Shown: positions 25,642-35,257, counted from the first letter of the stretch. The stretch is 64,000 nt of DNA from Roseiarcus sp. (GCA_052147395.1 JBKQKS010000082.1:640-64639); one strand, 5' to 3'. Program-made: numbers and translations. The notes: generated by a model not told the origin, from the sequence alone.

Positions 25642-28056
25642 TCACGAGCGCATCGCGGCGCCGGCGGGATCGTAGGCCGGCGCCTTCAGCCGGACGGCCG
25701 GGCGTCGTTCGCCGATGATCTCGACCTCGAAGCCGTCTGCGTGCTGGGCGTGGGCCTTCTCGATGTAGCCCATTGCCAACGACTTATCCGTGCAATGGCC
25801 GTAGCCGCCCGATGTCACCCAGCCGATCACTTTGTTGTCGCGCCAGATCGGCTCGTCGCCGATCGCGTCGGCGTCGTCGGCGTCGACCGCGAACGTGCAC
25901 AGCCTGAGCCTGCCGCCGCTCGCCTTCTCTTGCGCCGCCGCGGCGCGGCCGACGAAGTCGTTCTTGTCGAGGGCGACGAAGCGCCCGAGACCGGCTTCGT
26001 AAGGTCCGTAGATCGGCCGATATTCGCGGAACCAGGTGCCAAAGCTCTTCTCGAGCCTGAGCGACAGCAGCGCGCGCAGCCCGAACTCCTTCAGGCCCAA
26101 CGGTTCGCCGGCCTCGATGAGCAGCGTGTGAAGGCTGCGAAGATATTCGGGCCGGACCCAGATTTCGTAGCCGAGCTCGCCGGTGAAGCTGACGCGGCCG
26201 ACCAGCGCCGGAATCATGCCGATGTCCATCCTGCGGAATGACAGGAACGGCAAGGCGGCGTTGGCAACATCGTCGCCAACCAGCTTTTGCAGCAGTTCTC
26301 GCGCGCGCGGGCCGGCGATGGAAAGGCCGGGATAGTCCATCGACGCGCCGCGGCAGACGACGCCGTCCTTCGGCAGATGGCGCTCGAACCACCTGAGATA
26401 ATAGCCCTCGGCGGCGAGCGAGCAGACGAGCAGGAACTTGTCCTCGGCGTAGCGGCCGAGGGTGAAATCGCCGATCAGCCGGCCGCCCTCGTCGAGCATC
26501 GGCGACAGCGCGAGTTTGCCGACCGGCGGGATGCGCCCGGCCATTACATGGTTCAAGAACTCGGCGGCGCGCGCGCCCTCCACCGTGATCTTGCCGTAGT
26601 TGGAAATCTCGGTCATGCCCAGGTTTTCGCGCACCGCGCGGCATTCCGCGCCGATGGGATCGTGAGCGTTGGAGCGGCGGAAAGTGACGTTCTCGACGGC
26701 CGGCGTTCCCTGCGGCGCGAACCACAGCGGCTGTTCGAGCCCGCAGGATTCGCCCATCACCGCATTCGCCGCCACCATGCGCTCGTAGAGCGCCGACGTG
26801 CGCAGCGGCCGCGCGGCGGGAAGCTCCTCGTTGGGAAAGCGGATGCGGAAGCGGCGCGAGTAGTTCTCGCGCACCTTGGCGTTGGTGTAGGCAAGCGTCG
26901 CCCAGTCGCCGAATCGCGCGACATCCATACCCCAGATGTCGTGGCCGGGATCGCCGTGGATCATCCAGTTGGCGAGCGCGAGGCCGACGCCGCCGCCCTG
27001 GCTGAAGCCGGCCATCACGCCGCAGGCGACCCAGAAATTCTTCAGGCCTTTGACCGGTCCGATCACCGGGTTGCCGTCGGGCGCGAAGGTGAACGGACCG
27101 TTGACGACCTTGCGGATGCCGGCGTTGGCGAGATCGGGGAAGTGCTGGAACGCTGTCTCCAGGCTCGGCGCGACGCGGTCGAGATCGTTGGGCAGCAGGC
27201 TCTGCGAAAAATCCCAGGGCGTCTCGCGCTCGCTCCACGGCTGGCACGCCTGCTCGTAGGCGCCAATCAGCATGCCGCCGCCTTCCTGGCGCATGTAAAT
27301 TCCGGCCTCGAAGTCGATCACGTGGAACTTGTCGGCATGAGGGTCGATGACGCTCGGGATGTCCTCTGTGATGAGATAATGGTGCTCCATCGCCAATATC
27401 GGCAGCTCGAGCCCGACCATGCGCCCGACCTCGCGCGCCCAAAGGCCGCCGGCGTTGACGACATGCTCGGCGTGGATGGCGCCTTTTTCGGTGATCACGT
27501 CCCACTCGCCTTCGGGAGTGGCCTCGAGGTCGACGACGCGGTTGAAGCGCACGATCTCGGCGCCGGCCATCGAGGCGCACTTGGCGTAAGCCTGCGTGAC
27601 GCCCCAGGGGTCGAGATGGCCTTCGACCGGATCGAACATCGCGCCGACGAAATGCCGCTTGTCGATGAACGGATACATCCTCGCCGCCTCGTCGACCGAG
27701 AGGATTTCCAGGTTCATGCCGAGGTAGCGGCCCCTCGCGCGCGCCATCTTCAACCAGTCGAGACGCTCTTTCGTGCCGGCGAGGTTGAGGCCGCCGGTCA
27801 TGTGCATGCCGGTCGAGACGCCCGAGATCGCCTCGATCTCCTTGTAGAGGTTGATCGTATATTGCTGCAGCTTGGCGACGTTGGGGTCGCCGTTGAGCGT
27901 GTGCATGCCGCCCGCCGCGTGCCAGGTCGAGCCGGAGGTGAGCTCCGAGCGCTCGATGAGCACGATGTCCTTCCATCCGCCTTTGGTGAGGTGATAGGCC
28001 ACGCTGGCGCCGACGACGCCGCCGCCGATGACGACGACCTGTGCATGAGATTTCAT
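25642..28056 (-). CDS. dimethylglycine/sarcosine-dehydrogenase-like flavoprotein (DAO FAD domain + GcvT folate-binding domain)
   Basis: 'VVVIGGGVVGASVAYHL' FAD motif at the N-terminus. C-terminal aminomethyltransferase-like part 'FTGELGYEIW'. 804 aa from the internal ATG at 28056 of the composite 1347-aa ORF. Confidence 0.85.
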   Translation of the reverse strand: MKSHAQVVVIGGGVVGASVAYHLTKGGWKDIVLIERSELTSGSTWHAAGGMHTLNGDPNVAKLQQYTINLYKEIEAISGVSTGMHMTGGLNLAGTKERLDWLKMARARGRYLGMNLEILSVDEAARMYPFIDKRHFVGAMFDPVEGHLDPWGVTQAYAKCASMAGAEIVRFNRVVDLEATPEGEWDVITEKGAIHAEHVVNAGGLWAREVGRMVGLELPILAMEHHYLITEDIPSVIDPHADKFHVIDFEAGIYMRQEGGGMLIGAYEQACQPWSERETPWDFSQSLLPNDLDRVAPSLETAFQHFPDLANAGIRKVVNGPFTFAPDGNPVIGPVKGLKNFWVACGVMAGFSQGGGVGLALANWMIHGDPGHDIWGMDVARFGDWATLAYTNAKVRENYSRRFRIRFPNEELPAARPLRTSALYERMVAANAVMGESCGLEQPLWFAPQGTPAVENVTFRRSNAHDPIGAECRAVRENLGMTEISNYGKITVEGARAAEFLNHVMAGRIPPVGKLALSPMLDEGGRLIGDFTLGRYAEDKFLLVCSLAAEGYYLRWFERHLPKDGVVCRGASMDYPGLSIAGPRARELLQKLVGDDVANAALPFLSFRRMDIGMIPALVGRVSFTGELGYEIWVRPEYLRSLHTLLIEAGEPLGLKEFGLRALLSLRLEKSFGTWFREYRPIYGPYEAGLGRFVALDKNDFVGRAAAAQEKASGGRLRLCTFAVDADDADAIGDEPIWRDNKVIGWVTSGGYGHCTDKSLAMGYIEKAHAQHADGFEVEIIGERRPAVRLKAPAYDPAGAAMRS

Positions 28057-29231
28057 CGAGACGTCCTCCCGGCGAGGGGTATTGATGCGGGAACGAGAAT
28101 GAGGACGGCGCCGAGCGCGCCGACGAGAAGGGCGGCGAGCGCGAGGAACGCGGTCGACAGCGAATACGCATCGGCGATGAAGCCGGTCGCCAGCGGCGCC
28201 GGGGCGCGTGCGAACAGGCCGAAGAACGCGACCGCCGAGATAGACGCCGCGCTCGGGATGCCCGGCCGCGTGCCGGCCAGCGCGAAACCGCAGGGCACGA
28301 TGGAAGCCGTGCCGAAGCCGACGATCGCGAACCCGGCGATGCTGGCGGTGAAGCCGAACGGCGCGGCGACGATGACGAAGCCCATGGCGGCGACGCTGAG
28401 CGAGATCGCAATGAGCGCGCGGTCGTCGAACCGCGCGCGCAGAACGTCGGCTTTGAGCCGTACAGCCGCCTGACAGGCGGCGAAGAAGGCGCCGCCGAGC
28501 CCGGCGAGGGGCGCGAGATTCGCCGCCTCCTGGCGCAGCAGCGGCGCCGACCACGTGAGCGCGGCAGTCTCGCAGGCGATGCTGACGCCGACGATGAGGC
28601 CGATCACGACGAGCGAGCGCGAAACCACTCTGGCGCCGAACTCGACCTGGCCCGGCGACCGCTCGCGCCCGTCGAACGAGACCGACGCGAGGGCAATCGC
28701 AGCGGCGACGAAAACGCCGGCTTCCAGCAGGGCCGCGAGCCAGGGCTCGGACCCGGTGACGATCGCGCTGCCGAGGATGGCGCCGAGCGCCGCGCCGGCG
28801 GAGCAGACGCCATGCAGCCGCGCCATGATCGGCCGGCGCAACTGGCGCTCGAGCGCGGTCGCTTCGGCGTTCATGCCGGCGTCGATGAGGCCGGCGAACA
28901 CGCCATAGACGATGAGGCCGCCGATCAGCGCCGGGGCGTCGAAAGCGGTGAGCAGGCGCGCGAGCGGGGGCGCCGCGAGCAGCAGGGCGGCGATCACCAG
29001 CCGCCTCAGGCCCAGCCGACGCGCGAGCGTCGCAGCCGCCGACATGCCGAGGAGATAGGCGAGAGTGAGCGCCGTGAGCGTCACGCCGTACAACGCCGCG
29101 CCGACGTGGGCGCGATCGATCAGCGCCCCCGATGCGCCGGCCCACAACCCCAGGCCGACGCCGAAGGCCCCGAAGGTGATCGCAATCGTGCGATGGGGCG
29201 TGAGCCAGGGCATAATAACGGCGCTGCCCAT
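28053..29231 (-). CDS. MFS-type transporter
   Basis: 392 aa, roughly 12 hydrophobic segments. Its stop overlaps the DMGDH-like start (ATGA). Confidence 0.75.
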   Translation of the reverse strand: MGSAVIMPWLTPHRTIAITFGAFGVGLGLWAGASGALIDRAHVGAALYGVTLTALTLAYLLGMSAAATLARRLGLRRLVIAALLLAAPPLARLLTAFDAPALIGGLIVYGVFAGLIDAGMNAEATALERQLRRPIMARLHGVCSAGAALGAILGSAIVTGSEPWLAALLEAGVFVAAAIALASVSFDGRERSPGQVEFGARVVSRSLVVIGLIVGVSIACETAALTWSAPLLRQEAANLAPLAGLGGAFFAACQAAVRLKADVLRARFDDRALIAISLSVAAMGFVIVAAPFGFTASIAGFAIVGFGTASIVPCGFALAGTRPGIPSAASISAVAFFGLFARAPAPLATGFIADAYSLSTAFLALAALLVGALGAVLILVPASIPLAGRTSR

Positions 29232-29237
29232 GGGGGA

Positions 29238-30785
29238 TCAAAAATCCGTCGGCGCGCCGCCTTCGGCCTTGCGCCGCGCGACGAACGCCTCCAGCGCCTC
29301 GAGCCGCTCCGGCTCGATCGGCGGCGCCTGATAGGCCCCGAGGCGTTGCTGGTAGAGCTTCTCCGCCGCGTCGTAGGCCGTCGGCGCGCCGGCCTCGCGC
29401 CAGGTCTCGTAATTGCGCCAATCCGAGATCATGGGCGCGAAGAACGCCGTGCGATAGCGGCTCTGCGTGTGCTCGGCGCCGAAGAAATGTCCGCCGGGAC
29501 CGACCTCGGCGATGGCGTCGAGAGCGAGCTCCTCGACATCGACCTTCACGGGCCTCAGGAAATCGGCGACCATCGCCAAGAGATCGGCGTCGAGCGCCAT
29601 TTTCTCGAACGACGCCTGCAGGCCGCCTTCCATCCAACCGGCGCCGTGCATCATCAGATTGACGCCGCCCATGATCGCGCCCCACAGCGAGAACACGCTC
29701 TCGTAGGCCGCCTGGGCGTCGAGCGAATTGGCGGCGTTGGTGTTGGAGGAGCGGTAGGGGAGCCGCAAGCGGCGCGCGAGCTGGCCGCCGACGATCGCGG
29801 TCTTCATGTATTCCGGCGTGCCGAACGCCGGGGCGCCCGACTTCATGTCGACATTGGAGGTGAACCCGCCATAGACGAACGGCGAGCCGGGGCGAGCCGT
29901 TTCAGCCACCACGAGCCCGGCCAGCGCCTCGGCGTGCTGCTCGGCGAGCGCGCCGGCGAGTGTCACCGGCGCCATCGCGCCCGCGAGCGTGAACGGCGTC
30001 AGCACCACGACCTGATTGCGCCGCGCCATCTGCAACACGCCTTCCAGCATCGGCGTGTCGAGCCGGAGCGGCGAAGAAGAGTTGATGACGGTGAACAGCG
30101 ACGGCTCGCGTTCGAAGGTCTCGTCGTCGACGCCGCGCGCGAGGCGGGCCATCTCCATGCCATCGCGGATGCGCTCGCGTCCCAAGCTGTAGGCGTGGAT
30201 CGGCTTATCCGAGAGGGTGAGCATGTCGTAGAGCGCATCGAGGTGGCGCACCGAGGCGTGAATGTCGACGGGTTCGACGGGATAGCCGCCCCAGACATGG
30301 ATCGAGTCGAAGCTCTGTCCGAGGCGGAGGAAATTCTGATAGTCGCGGCGGTTGCCCGGACGGCGTCCGCCTGCGCGGTCGAACGCGTTCGGCGCGCTGG
30401 CGACGGAGCAGAATGCGACGTTGCGCCCGCCGATCTCGACGTTGCGCTCGGGGTTGCGCGCGTGCAGCGTGAACTCTCTCGGCGCGAGGCCGATCTTCGA
30501 TTCGACGAGTGCGGCGTCGAAGCGCACGCGGTCGGACGCAGGGTCGACATCGGCGCCGGCGTCCTTCAACAGCGCCTTGGCCTCGGCGTGCAGGATGTCG
30601 ATGCCGATCTCCTTCAGGACCTTCAGCGCCGCCAGATGGATCGATTCCAGTTCGTCGGCGGAAACGAGCTCGACGGGCGGGAAGGGCGCACGAGGCTGCG
30701 GCGCTTTCGGGCGCGGCTCGGCGCCGCGCTCGGCGGTCCGGCGGCGGCGGCGGGGCGTCGTTTCGTTCGGGGCCTCGCTGGACAT
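29238..30785 (-). CDS. MttB-superfamily (trimethylamine-methyltransferase family) protein, non-pyrrolysine type
   Basis: 'ESIHLAALKVLKEIGI', 'INSSSPLRLD', 'LTPFTLAGAMAPVTLAGAL' and 'GGHFFGAEHT' match my memory of MttB/MtgB-family blocks. There is no in-frame TAG. 515 aa from the ATG at 30785. Confidence 0.8.
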   Translation of the reverse strand: MSSEAPNETTPRRRRRTAERGAEPRPKAPQPRAPFPPVELVSADELESIHLAALKVLKEIGIDILHAEAKALLKDAGADVDPASDRVRFDAALVESKIGLAPREFTLHARNPERNVEIGGRNVAFCSVASAPNAFDRAGGRRPGNRRDYQNFLRLGQSFDSIHVWGGYPVEPVDIHASVRHLDALYDMLTLSDKPIHAYSLGRERIRDGMEMARLARGVDDETFEREPSLFTVINSSSPLRLDTPMLEGVLQMARRNQVVVLTPFTLAGAMAPVTLAGALAEQHAEALAGLVVAETARPGSPFVYGGFTSNVDMKSGAPAFGTPEYMKTAIVGGQLARRLRLPYRSSNTNAANSLDAQAAYESVFSLWGAIMGGVNLMMHGAGWMEGGLQASFEKMALDADLLAMVADFLRPVKVDVEELALDAIAEVGPGGHFFGAEHTQSRYRTAFFAPMISDWRNYETWREAGAPTAYDAAEKLYQQRLGAYQAPPIEPERLEALEAFVARRKAEGGAPTDF

Positions 30786-30890
30786 GCGCTTCCTCTCGTT
30801 CGGCCAACGCGAGTCTATGCGGGCCCGCGCACGCACGCCACAGGCCAAAATGGCATTGCGCCATGCCAAATTGCTCGAGCGCCGTGGACC

Positions 30891-31862
30891 TTATTTTGCC
30901 GCGCGCAGCCGGGACGTCTCGACGGGTTCCGCGGCCTCGAACCTGTTCCTGCTGAAGCGGGCGATGAGCCACGAACGGAACAGCGCCACCGCCTCGTTGC
31001 TGAGGTCTTCGGGGTGCGTCGTCAAATAATAGCCGTAGCCTTCGTCGAGCCAGAGGTCGTACGGCGCCACGAGCCTTCCCGCCTTGATCTCATCGGCGAA
31101 CAGCAGCGGATCGGTGAGCACGAGACCGTCGCCGAGCATCGCGTATTGGACAGCGAGCTGCGCGGTGTCGAACACCAGGCCGCGATCGACGGGGAGATCC
31201 GGCCGGCCGATCGAGCGCGCCAGCATTTCCCAGAAGAAGTGCCGCGGCCGGTCTTCGAGTTTTATGTGCAGGAGGTCGCAGGAAGCGATGAATTTCGCCG
31301 GCTCCGAACGATCGATCGCCGTCAGCAGACTCGGGCTGCACAGGATCGTCGAACGCACCATCCATAAGAGATCGTGGATCGCATCGGTTACGCGCGGCTC
31401 GGAGTAGACGATCGCGATGTCGATGTCGCCGTCGGTCTCCGGACCTGCGGTCGGACGGGACACGATCTCCAGTGTGATGCCCGGATTCTCGGCGCGGAAG
31501 TCGCGTAAGATGGGGACCGCCAGCCGATGGGCGAACGAGGTCGGCAGCGCGACCTTGAGCACGCGCTTGGGTCGCCCCTTCTCTTTGATCACTTCGCCCA
31601 GCGCCTGATCGATGCGATCGAAGGATTTGGTGACGACGGGCAGAATGTGCCGTCCCGCTTCGGTCAACACCAGTTGCTGCGGCCGGCGTTCGAACAGCGC
31701 GACGCCGAGAAAATTCTCCAGCACGATGACGTGCCGGCTCACCGCGCTCTGGGCGACGGTCAGGCTGTTGGCCGCCGCCGTGAAGCTCAAATGCTGACCC
31801 GCCGCCTCGAAGGCGCGCAGCGCGTTGAGCGGCAACCATTTGCGGTCCATCGTCTCTCCCAC
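30891..31862 (-). CDS. LysR-family transcriptional regulator (GcvA-like)
   Basis: 'LNALRAFEAAGQHLSFTAAANSLTVAQSAVSRHVIVLE' HTH. Confidence 0.9.
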   Translation of the reverse strand: MGETMDRKWLPLNALRAFEAAGQHLSFTAAANSLTVAQSAVSRHVIVLENFLGVALFERRPQQLVLTEAGRHILPVVTKSFDRIDQALGEVIKEKGRPKRVLKVALPTSFAHRLAVPILRDFRAENPGITLEIVSRPTAGPETDGDIDIAIVYSEPRVTDAIHDLLWMVRSTILCSPSLLTAIDRSEPAKFIASCDLLHIKLEDRPRHFFWEMLARSIGRPDLPVDRGLVFDTAQLAVQYAMLGDGLVLTDPLLFADEIKAGRLVAPYDLWLDEGYGYYLTTHPEDLSNEAVALFRSWLIARFSRNRFEAAEPVETSRLRAAK

Positions 31863-31881
31863 CGGGACGGCGCGCTCGCGA

Positions 31882-33054
31882 TCAGGCTATGCGCGTCCGG
31901 GCGAGCCGCTCCCTCGCGAGCTCGTATCCCATGCCGGGCGTGTCGGAGAGCACGATATGGCCTGTATCATCAACGCGCAAGGACTCGACCATCATGTAGT
32001 CGCGGCGATCGGCGTCCCACTCCGGCGGGTCGTAAGGGAATTCCATGAAGGGCGCATCGCAGAGGCCCGCGGTCAGATGCGCATTGGCGACGACGCCCAT
32101 GCCGTTCGTCCAGGTGTGCGGGGTGAAGATCAGATTGTGTTCCTGCGCCATCAGCGCGACGCGCCTGAGGCCGGTGATGCCGCCGACCAGCGCGGCGTCG
32201 GGCTGCAGCACGTCCAAACAACCGTCGCGAATCAGATCGCGGAACTCGTAGAGCTCGCGGGTCATCTCGCCGCCCGCGATTCTCACATCCGTCATGTCGC
32301 GCAGCCGGCGCATGCCCTCTCGGTCGCCGCGATGCAGCGGTTCCTCCATCCAATAGACGTTCAGCCGCTCCAGTTCGCGCGCGACCTGCAGGGCGTCCTT
32401 CAGCGTCCACGGCGCATAGGCGTCCCACGACATGCGCCAGCCCTGATTGCAATCGACCATCAGCTCGAGACGATCGCCGACGCGGGCGCGCACGGTCGAA
32501 AGAGCCTCGATGTCCTTGCGCCAGTCGCCGCGATGGAAGCGGATTTTCAGCGCTGCGAAGCCCTGCCCGATATAACGCTCGGCGGCGTCGGCGAGCTCGG
32601 CTGGCCCGCGCAGCGTCCCTGACGAAGCGTAAGCGCGCACGCGATCGGAGAGGCCGCCGATCAACTTCCAGCACGGCTGACGGGTGAGCTTACCGGCGAG
32701 GTCCCACAGCGCCAGGTCGAGCGGCCAGCAGCGGCCCCAGTGAAAGCTGATGTTGTCGAGGACCCGGCGATGGCGTTCGAGGGCGAGCGGATCCTGACCG
32801 ACGAACAGATGCTCGTGGCCCTCGAAGCCGAGCATCATGTCGCCCGAGCCGACGCCGGTGACGCCGAGATCGGTATGGACCTGCACGACGCCGGCGTCGA
32901 AGAAGGTGCGCGGCCGGGTGTCCCAGCTCGCATGGAACGGCGGATCGAACTCGAGCCGATGACGCGTGATCTCGATCCCGGTGATCGTCGCCTTGGGCGC
33001 CTTGGCGGGCGGGACGAAGGGGGCGGGCAAAATTTGGCTCCTATCGGGATGCAA
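31882..33054 (-). CDS. enolase-superfamily enzyme (mandelate racemase/muconate-lactonizing family)
   Basis: Metal-ligand blocks 'LMVDCNQGW', 'WMEEPL' and 'IAGGEM', plus 'LDVLQPD' and 'FTPHTW'. 390 aa. Confidence 0.8.
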   Translation of the reverse strand: MHPDRSQILPAPFVPPAKAPKATITGIEITRHRLEFDPPFHASWDTRPRTFFDAGVVQVHTDLGVTGVGSGDMMLGFEGHEHLFVGQDPLALERHRRVLDNISFHWGRCWPLDLALWDLAGKLTRQPCWKLIGGLSDRVRAYASSGTLRGPAELADAAERYIGQGFAALKIRFHRGDWRKDIEALSTVRARVGDRLELMVDCNQGWRMSWDAYAPWTLKDALQVARELERLNVYWMEEPLHRGDREGMRRLRDMTDVRIAGGEMTRELYEFRDLIRDGCLDVLQPDAALVGGITGLRRVALMAQEHNLIFTPHTWTNGMGVVANAHLTAGLCDAPFMEFPYDPPEWDADRRDYMMVESLRVDDTGHIVLSDTPGMGYELARERLARTRIA

Positions 33055-33207
33055 GATATGTTAAGGATGTGATAACCTGGAGCAATTCAGTTTCGGAATC
33101 TGCATGAAAGCTCGCCCAGCAAACCTGAGAAGTGGACCGAAGCGAGCGAAACTAATTGGCTGAGCTATCATACCAGAGATGTTTGCGGGCGCGAGACGGG
33201 GGTAGTC

Positions 33208-33468
33208 ATGGAAGATGTCCTCATCAGGATCGGAGCTGCGCTGTCGCTTCTAATCCTTGTCGGCCTGCCGATATACCGTTTGGCGAATCCCGCCAGCATT
33301 GATCAAGAATCTCGCTTTGCTGCGGGGTTCCTCGGGGTGTTTCACGCTTTGTTGTACATCGGATTGATGTGGGCTCTTGGAGCGGCTTTTGTAAAGGCTA
33401 TCGAATTTTTTTGGACAGTGTGCCGGGGACGAACAAAAGTGGGCCGCCTCACGGCTATGCTCCGCTGA
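33208..33468 (+). CDS. small two-TM membrane protein (hypothetical), low-GC codon usage
   Basis: 86 aa with two hydrophobic stretches. It sits in an AT-richer stretch and overlaps the vapC 3' end by 14 nt in convergent orientation. Confidence 0.35.
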   Translation: MEDVLIRIGAALSLLILVGLPIYRLANPASIDQESRFAAGFLGVFHALLYIGLMWALGAAFVKAIEFFWTVCRGRTKVGRLTAMLR

Positions 33469-33847
33469 CATCGGTCTTGGCGAAGTCGCCGCCCTTGAAC
33501 AGAAGCGGAGCCCCGAGGGTCCTGGCGAGCGCGTAGGCCGCGCAATCCGACAGATTCAGTCGCGCTCGAGGATCAATGCCTTTGCCGTAACGGTCGAATG
33601 CGTCGGCGACCGCGTGTACCTGGACTTCATCGAAGGGAACTATTTCGACCATGTTATCGGCCAGCTATCGCCAAAACTCGCGCACGGCGCCTGAGCCAAA
33701 CTTGCCCCGCAAAATACACGCCGTTTCATGGGCGTTGACTACGGATATGAGGCAGCGTTCGTCTCCGTCGATCTTGTCTTGGAATGTTTGTCGTTCCGGT
33801 TCGCCGAAAAGTATGGCCAGAATCGCTGAACTATCTACAACAATCAT
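33455..33847 (-). pseudogene. vapC: PIN-domain toxin VapC interrupted by an in-frame TAG
   Basis: ORFs 33665..33847 ('MIVVDSSAILAILFGEPE...') and 33455..33652 ('...LNLSDCAAYALARTLGAPLLFKGGDFAKTD') are in the same frame. They are separated only by TAG (33665..33667) plus four sense codons. Together they form one canonical PIN domain. Confidence 0.8.
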
Positions 33848-34116
33848 AGCGCATTCAGATCGTCGATGATCTCATTGACGGGACGACTGTCGAGGATCGG
33901 CATCGCGGCAAGCTCCGCCACGAATCGGTTGGTCCGCTCCCGACGCGCGGCCACCGCCGCTGGAGACGTGTCACGTGGCGGCCTAGCCTTCGTTGCCAAG
34001 TCGGCCGCGCGGATTTTTTCCTCGAGCGCAGACCTTATGGCTTCCTCGACAGAAACGCCACGGGCGACGGCGAGCCATTGAGCGAGAGCTTCGGTTTCAC
34101 GAGTGAGGTTGATCAT
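33844..34116 (-). CDS. vapB: VapB/FitA-like antitoxin
   Basis: 90 aa. It sits immediately upstream of vapC with an ATGA overlap. The N-terminal region resembles a DNA-binding domain. Confidence 0.7.
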   Translation of the reverse strand: MINLTRETEALAQWLAVARGVSVEEAIRSALEEKIRAADLATKARPPRDTSPAAVAARRERTNRFVAELAAMPILDSRPVNEIIDDLNAL

Positions 34117-34250
34117 TGGGGCAAGCTAACGACGTTTGTCTCGAAAATCCAGACGAACCTTGCGTCGCCGACGAAAACGCGCCCCACCACTTCGGCAAAG
34201 TACCGTCGAAAGACGCGGAAGAGGACATTCGAAGGTTCGAGGGTTTAGGG

Positions 34251-34547
34251 TCACAAGCCGAAGGGCTGCGCGTATTCGTCGAGATCGGCGTTGGCGGCGG
34301 CGGCCGTCGCTCGGGCCCAAGCGTAGGCGCGAACCAAAGTCTCGTCGTCGACGCCGAGCTCCGACGCCAGCCGCAGCAGCGTGTGCAGATCCACGTCGCT
34401 GAACAGCGCGCGCAAGTGCGAACCCTCGCCCTCGCCGGTCGCCAACAAACGACCGAGGTCCTCGCGCCGGACGGGAACGCGGCTCGCGTTCTCGATCGCG
34501 GAGATTGCGGTCGAGGCGGGGTCGAAGCGGCGCCCGGTAACGCTCAA
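34251..34547 (-). CDS. hypothetical 98-aa protein translationally coupled (TTGA overlap) to the AbiEii-like gene
   Basis: High GC3 when read by eye. TTG start overlaps the upstream stop. I recognise no motif. Confidence 0.45.
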   Translation of the reverse strand: MSVTGRRFDPASTAISAIENASRVPVRREDLGRLLATGEGEGSHLRALFSDVDLHTLLRLASELGVDDETLVRAYAWARATAAAANADLDEYAQPFGL

Positions 34548-35191
34548 GTCATCGTCTCCAGCAAAGCGGTCGCTGTCGAGATCAGCGAGTGAAGCAAGGC
34601 GTCAAATTCGCCGAGGCACAGAATGTCTTTGCCGAGTTCGTCAGCCGGGACGCGTTCGAGCGATCCGAGACGCCGCAGTTGTTGCACGCGCCGCGGCGAC
34701 GAAGCCTTGATCGCACGCTCGGCGGCCGCCGGGTCGACCTGATGGGTCGCGACGAGGTCGAAGACGTCGCGCGGTTTCAACAACGCGGCGCGAAAATAGA
34801 GCTTCTTGGCGAGGATTTCCTCGCTGCTCTCGAGCGCGATCCGGCGCCCGTCGAAATCCAGCGTTGCGCTGGGCCGCACGCCGGTCACATCGCCGGCGAC
34901 GATGAAGTCGACATCGCCGTCGGCGAACGCGAGTTTCAGGGAATTGGCCTGTTCGGAATAGTCTCGCGCCAAAGCCGCGGCGCGATCGTTGAGTCGCGGC
35001 GTCAGCAACCCGAGCCATTGCGCGTCGTGCATGAAGAGGTCGATGTCCTTCGACAGTCGATGCCGATAGCGCATCATCAGCACGGTCCCGCCGCCGAGCG
35101 TGAGGTCGGGGGCGCCGAAACCGCGCTCGGCGAGATCGTCGAGAAGGACGAGGGCTGACGTCAGCAGGCCCTTCCAGCTGTTCTCGTCCAT
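34544..35191 (-). CDS. nucleotidyltransferase of the AbiEii/AbiGii (DUF1814) toxin family
   Basis: 'GGGTVLMMRYRHRLSKDIDLF' (GG..L....R.S.DID motif), 'DVDFIV', and 'ILAKKLYFRAALLKPRDVFDL'. Confidence 0.7.
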   Translation of the reverse strand: MDENSWKGLLTSALVLLDDLAERGFGAPDLTLGGGTVLMMRYRHRLSKDIDLFMHDAQWLGLLTPRLNDRAAALARDYSEQANSLKLAFADGDVDFIVAGDVTGVRPSATLDFDGRRIALESSEEILAKKLYFRAALLKPRDVFDLVATHQVDPAAAERAIKASSPRRVQQLRRLGSLERVPADELGKDILCLGEFDALLHSLISTATALLETMT

Positions 35192-35257
35192 GGCTCACCG
35201 CCTCCCGCCGGCGCTCAGCGATAATCGCTCGGGATTGCCTCACCGAGCTTCGATTCG

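Noticed and set aside
25642-29685. 1347-aa ORF listed as a single reading frame
   Set aside because: Only the C-terminal 804 aa (from the ATG at 28056) look like a real protein (DMGDH-like). The N-terminal 540 aa are Arg/Gly/Ala/Pro-rich shadow translation of the MFS and MttB genes, which lie in another frame on the same strand.
29238-30785. Pyrrolysine (in-frame TAG) in the MttB-family gene
   Set aside because: The frame is uninterrupted, so this is a non-Pyl member.
34544-34547. Possibility that the 215-aa nucleotidyltransferase and the 98-aa ORF are one frameshifted AbiEii gene
   Set aside because: All nucleotidyltransferase/DUF1814 motifs, including the distal 'RDVFDL' block, are already within the 215-aa protein. 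The TTGA junction looks like ordinary translational coupling. This remains unproven.
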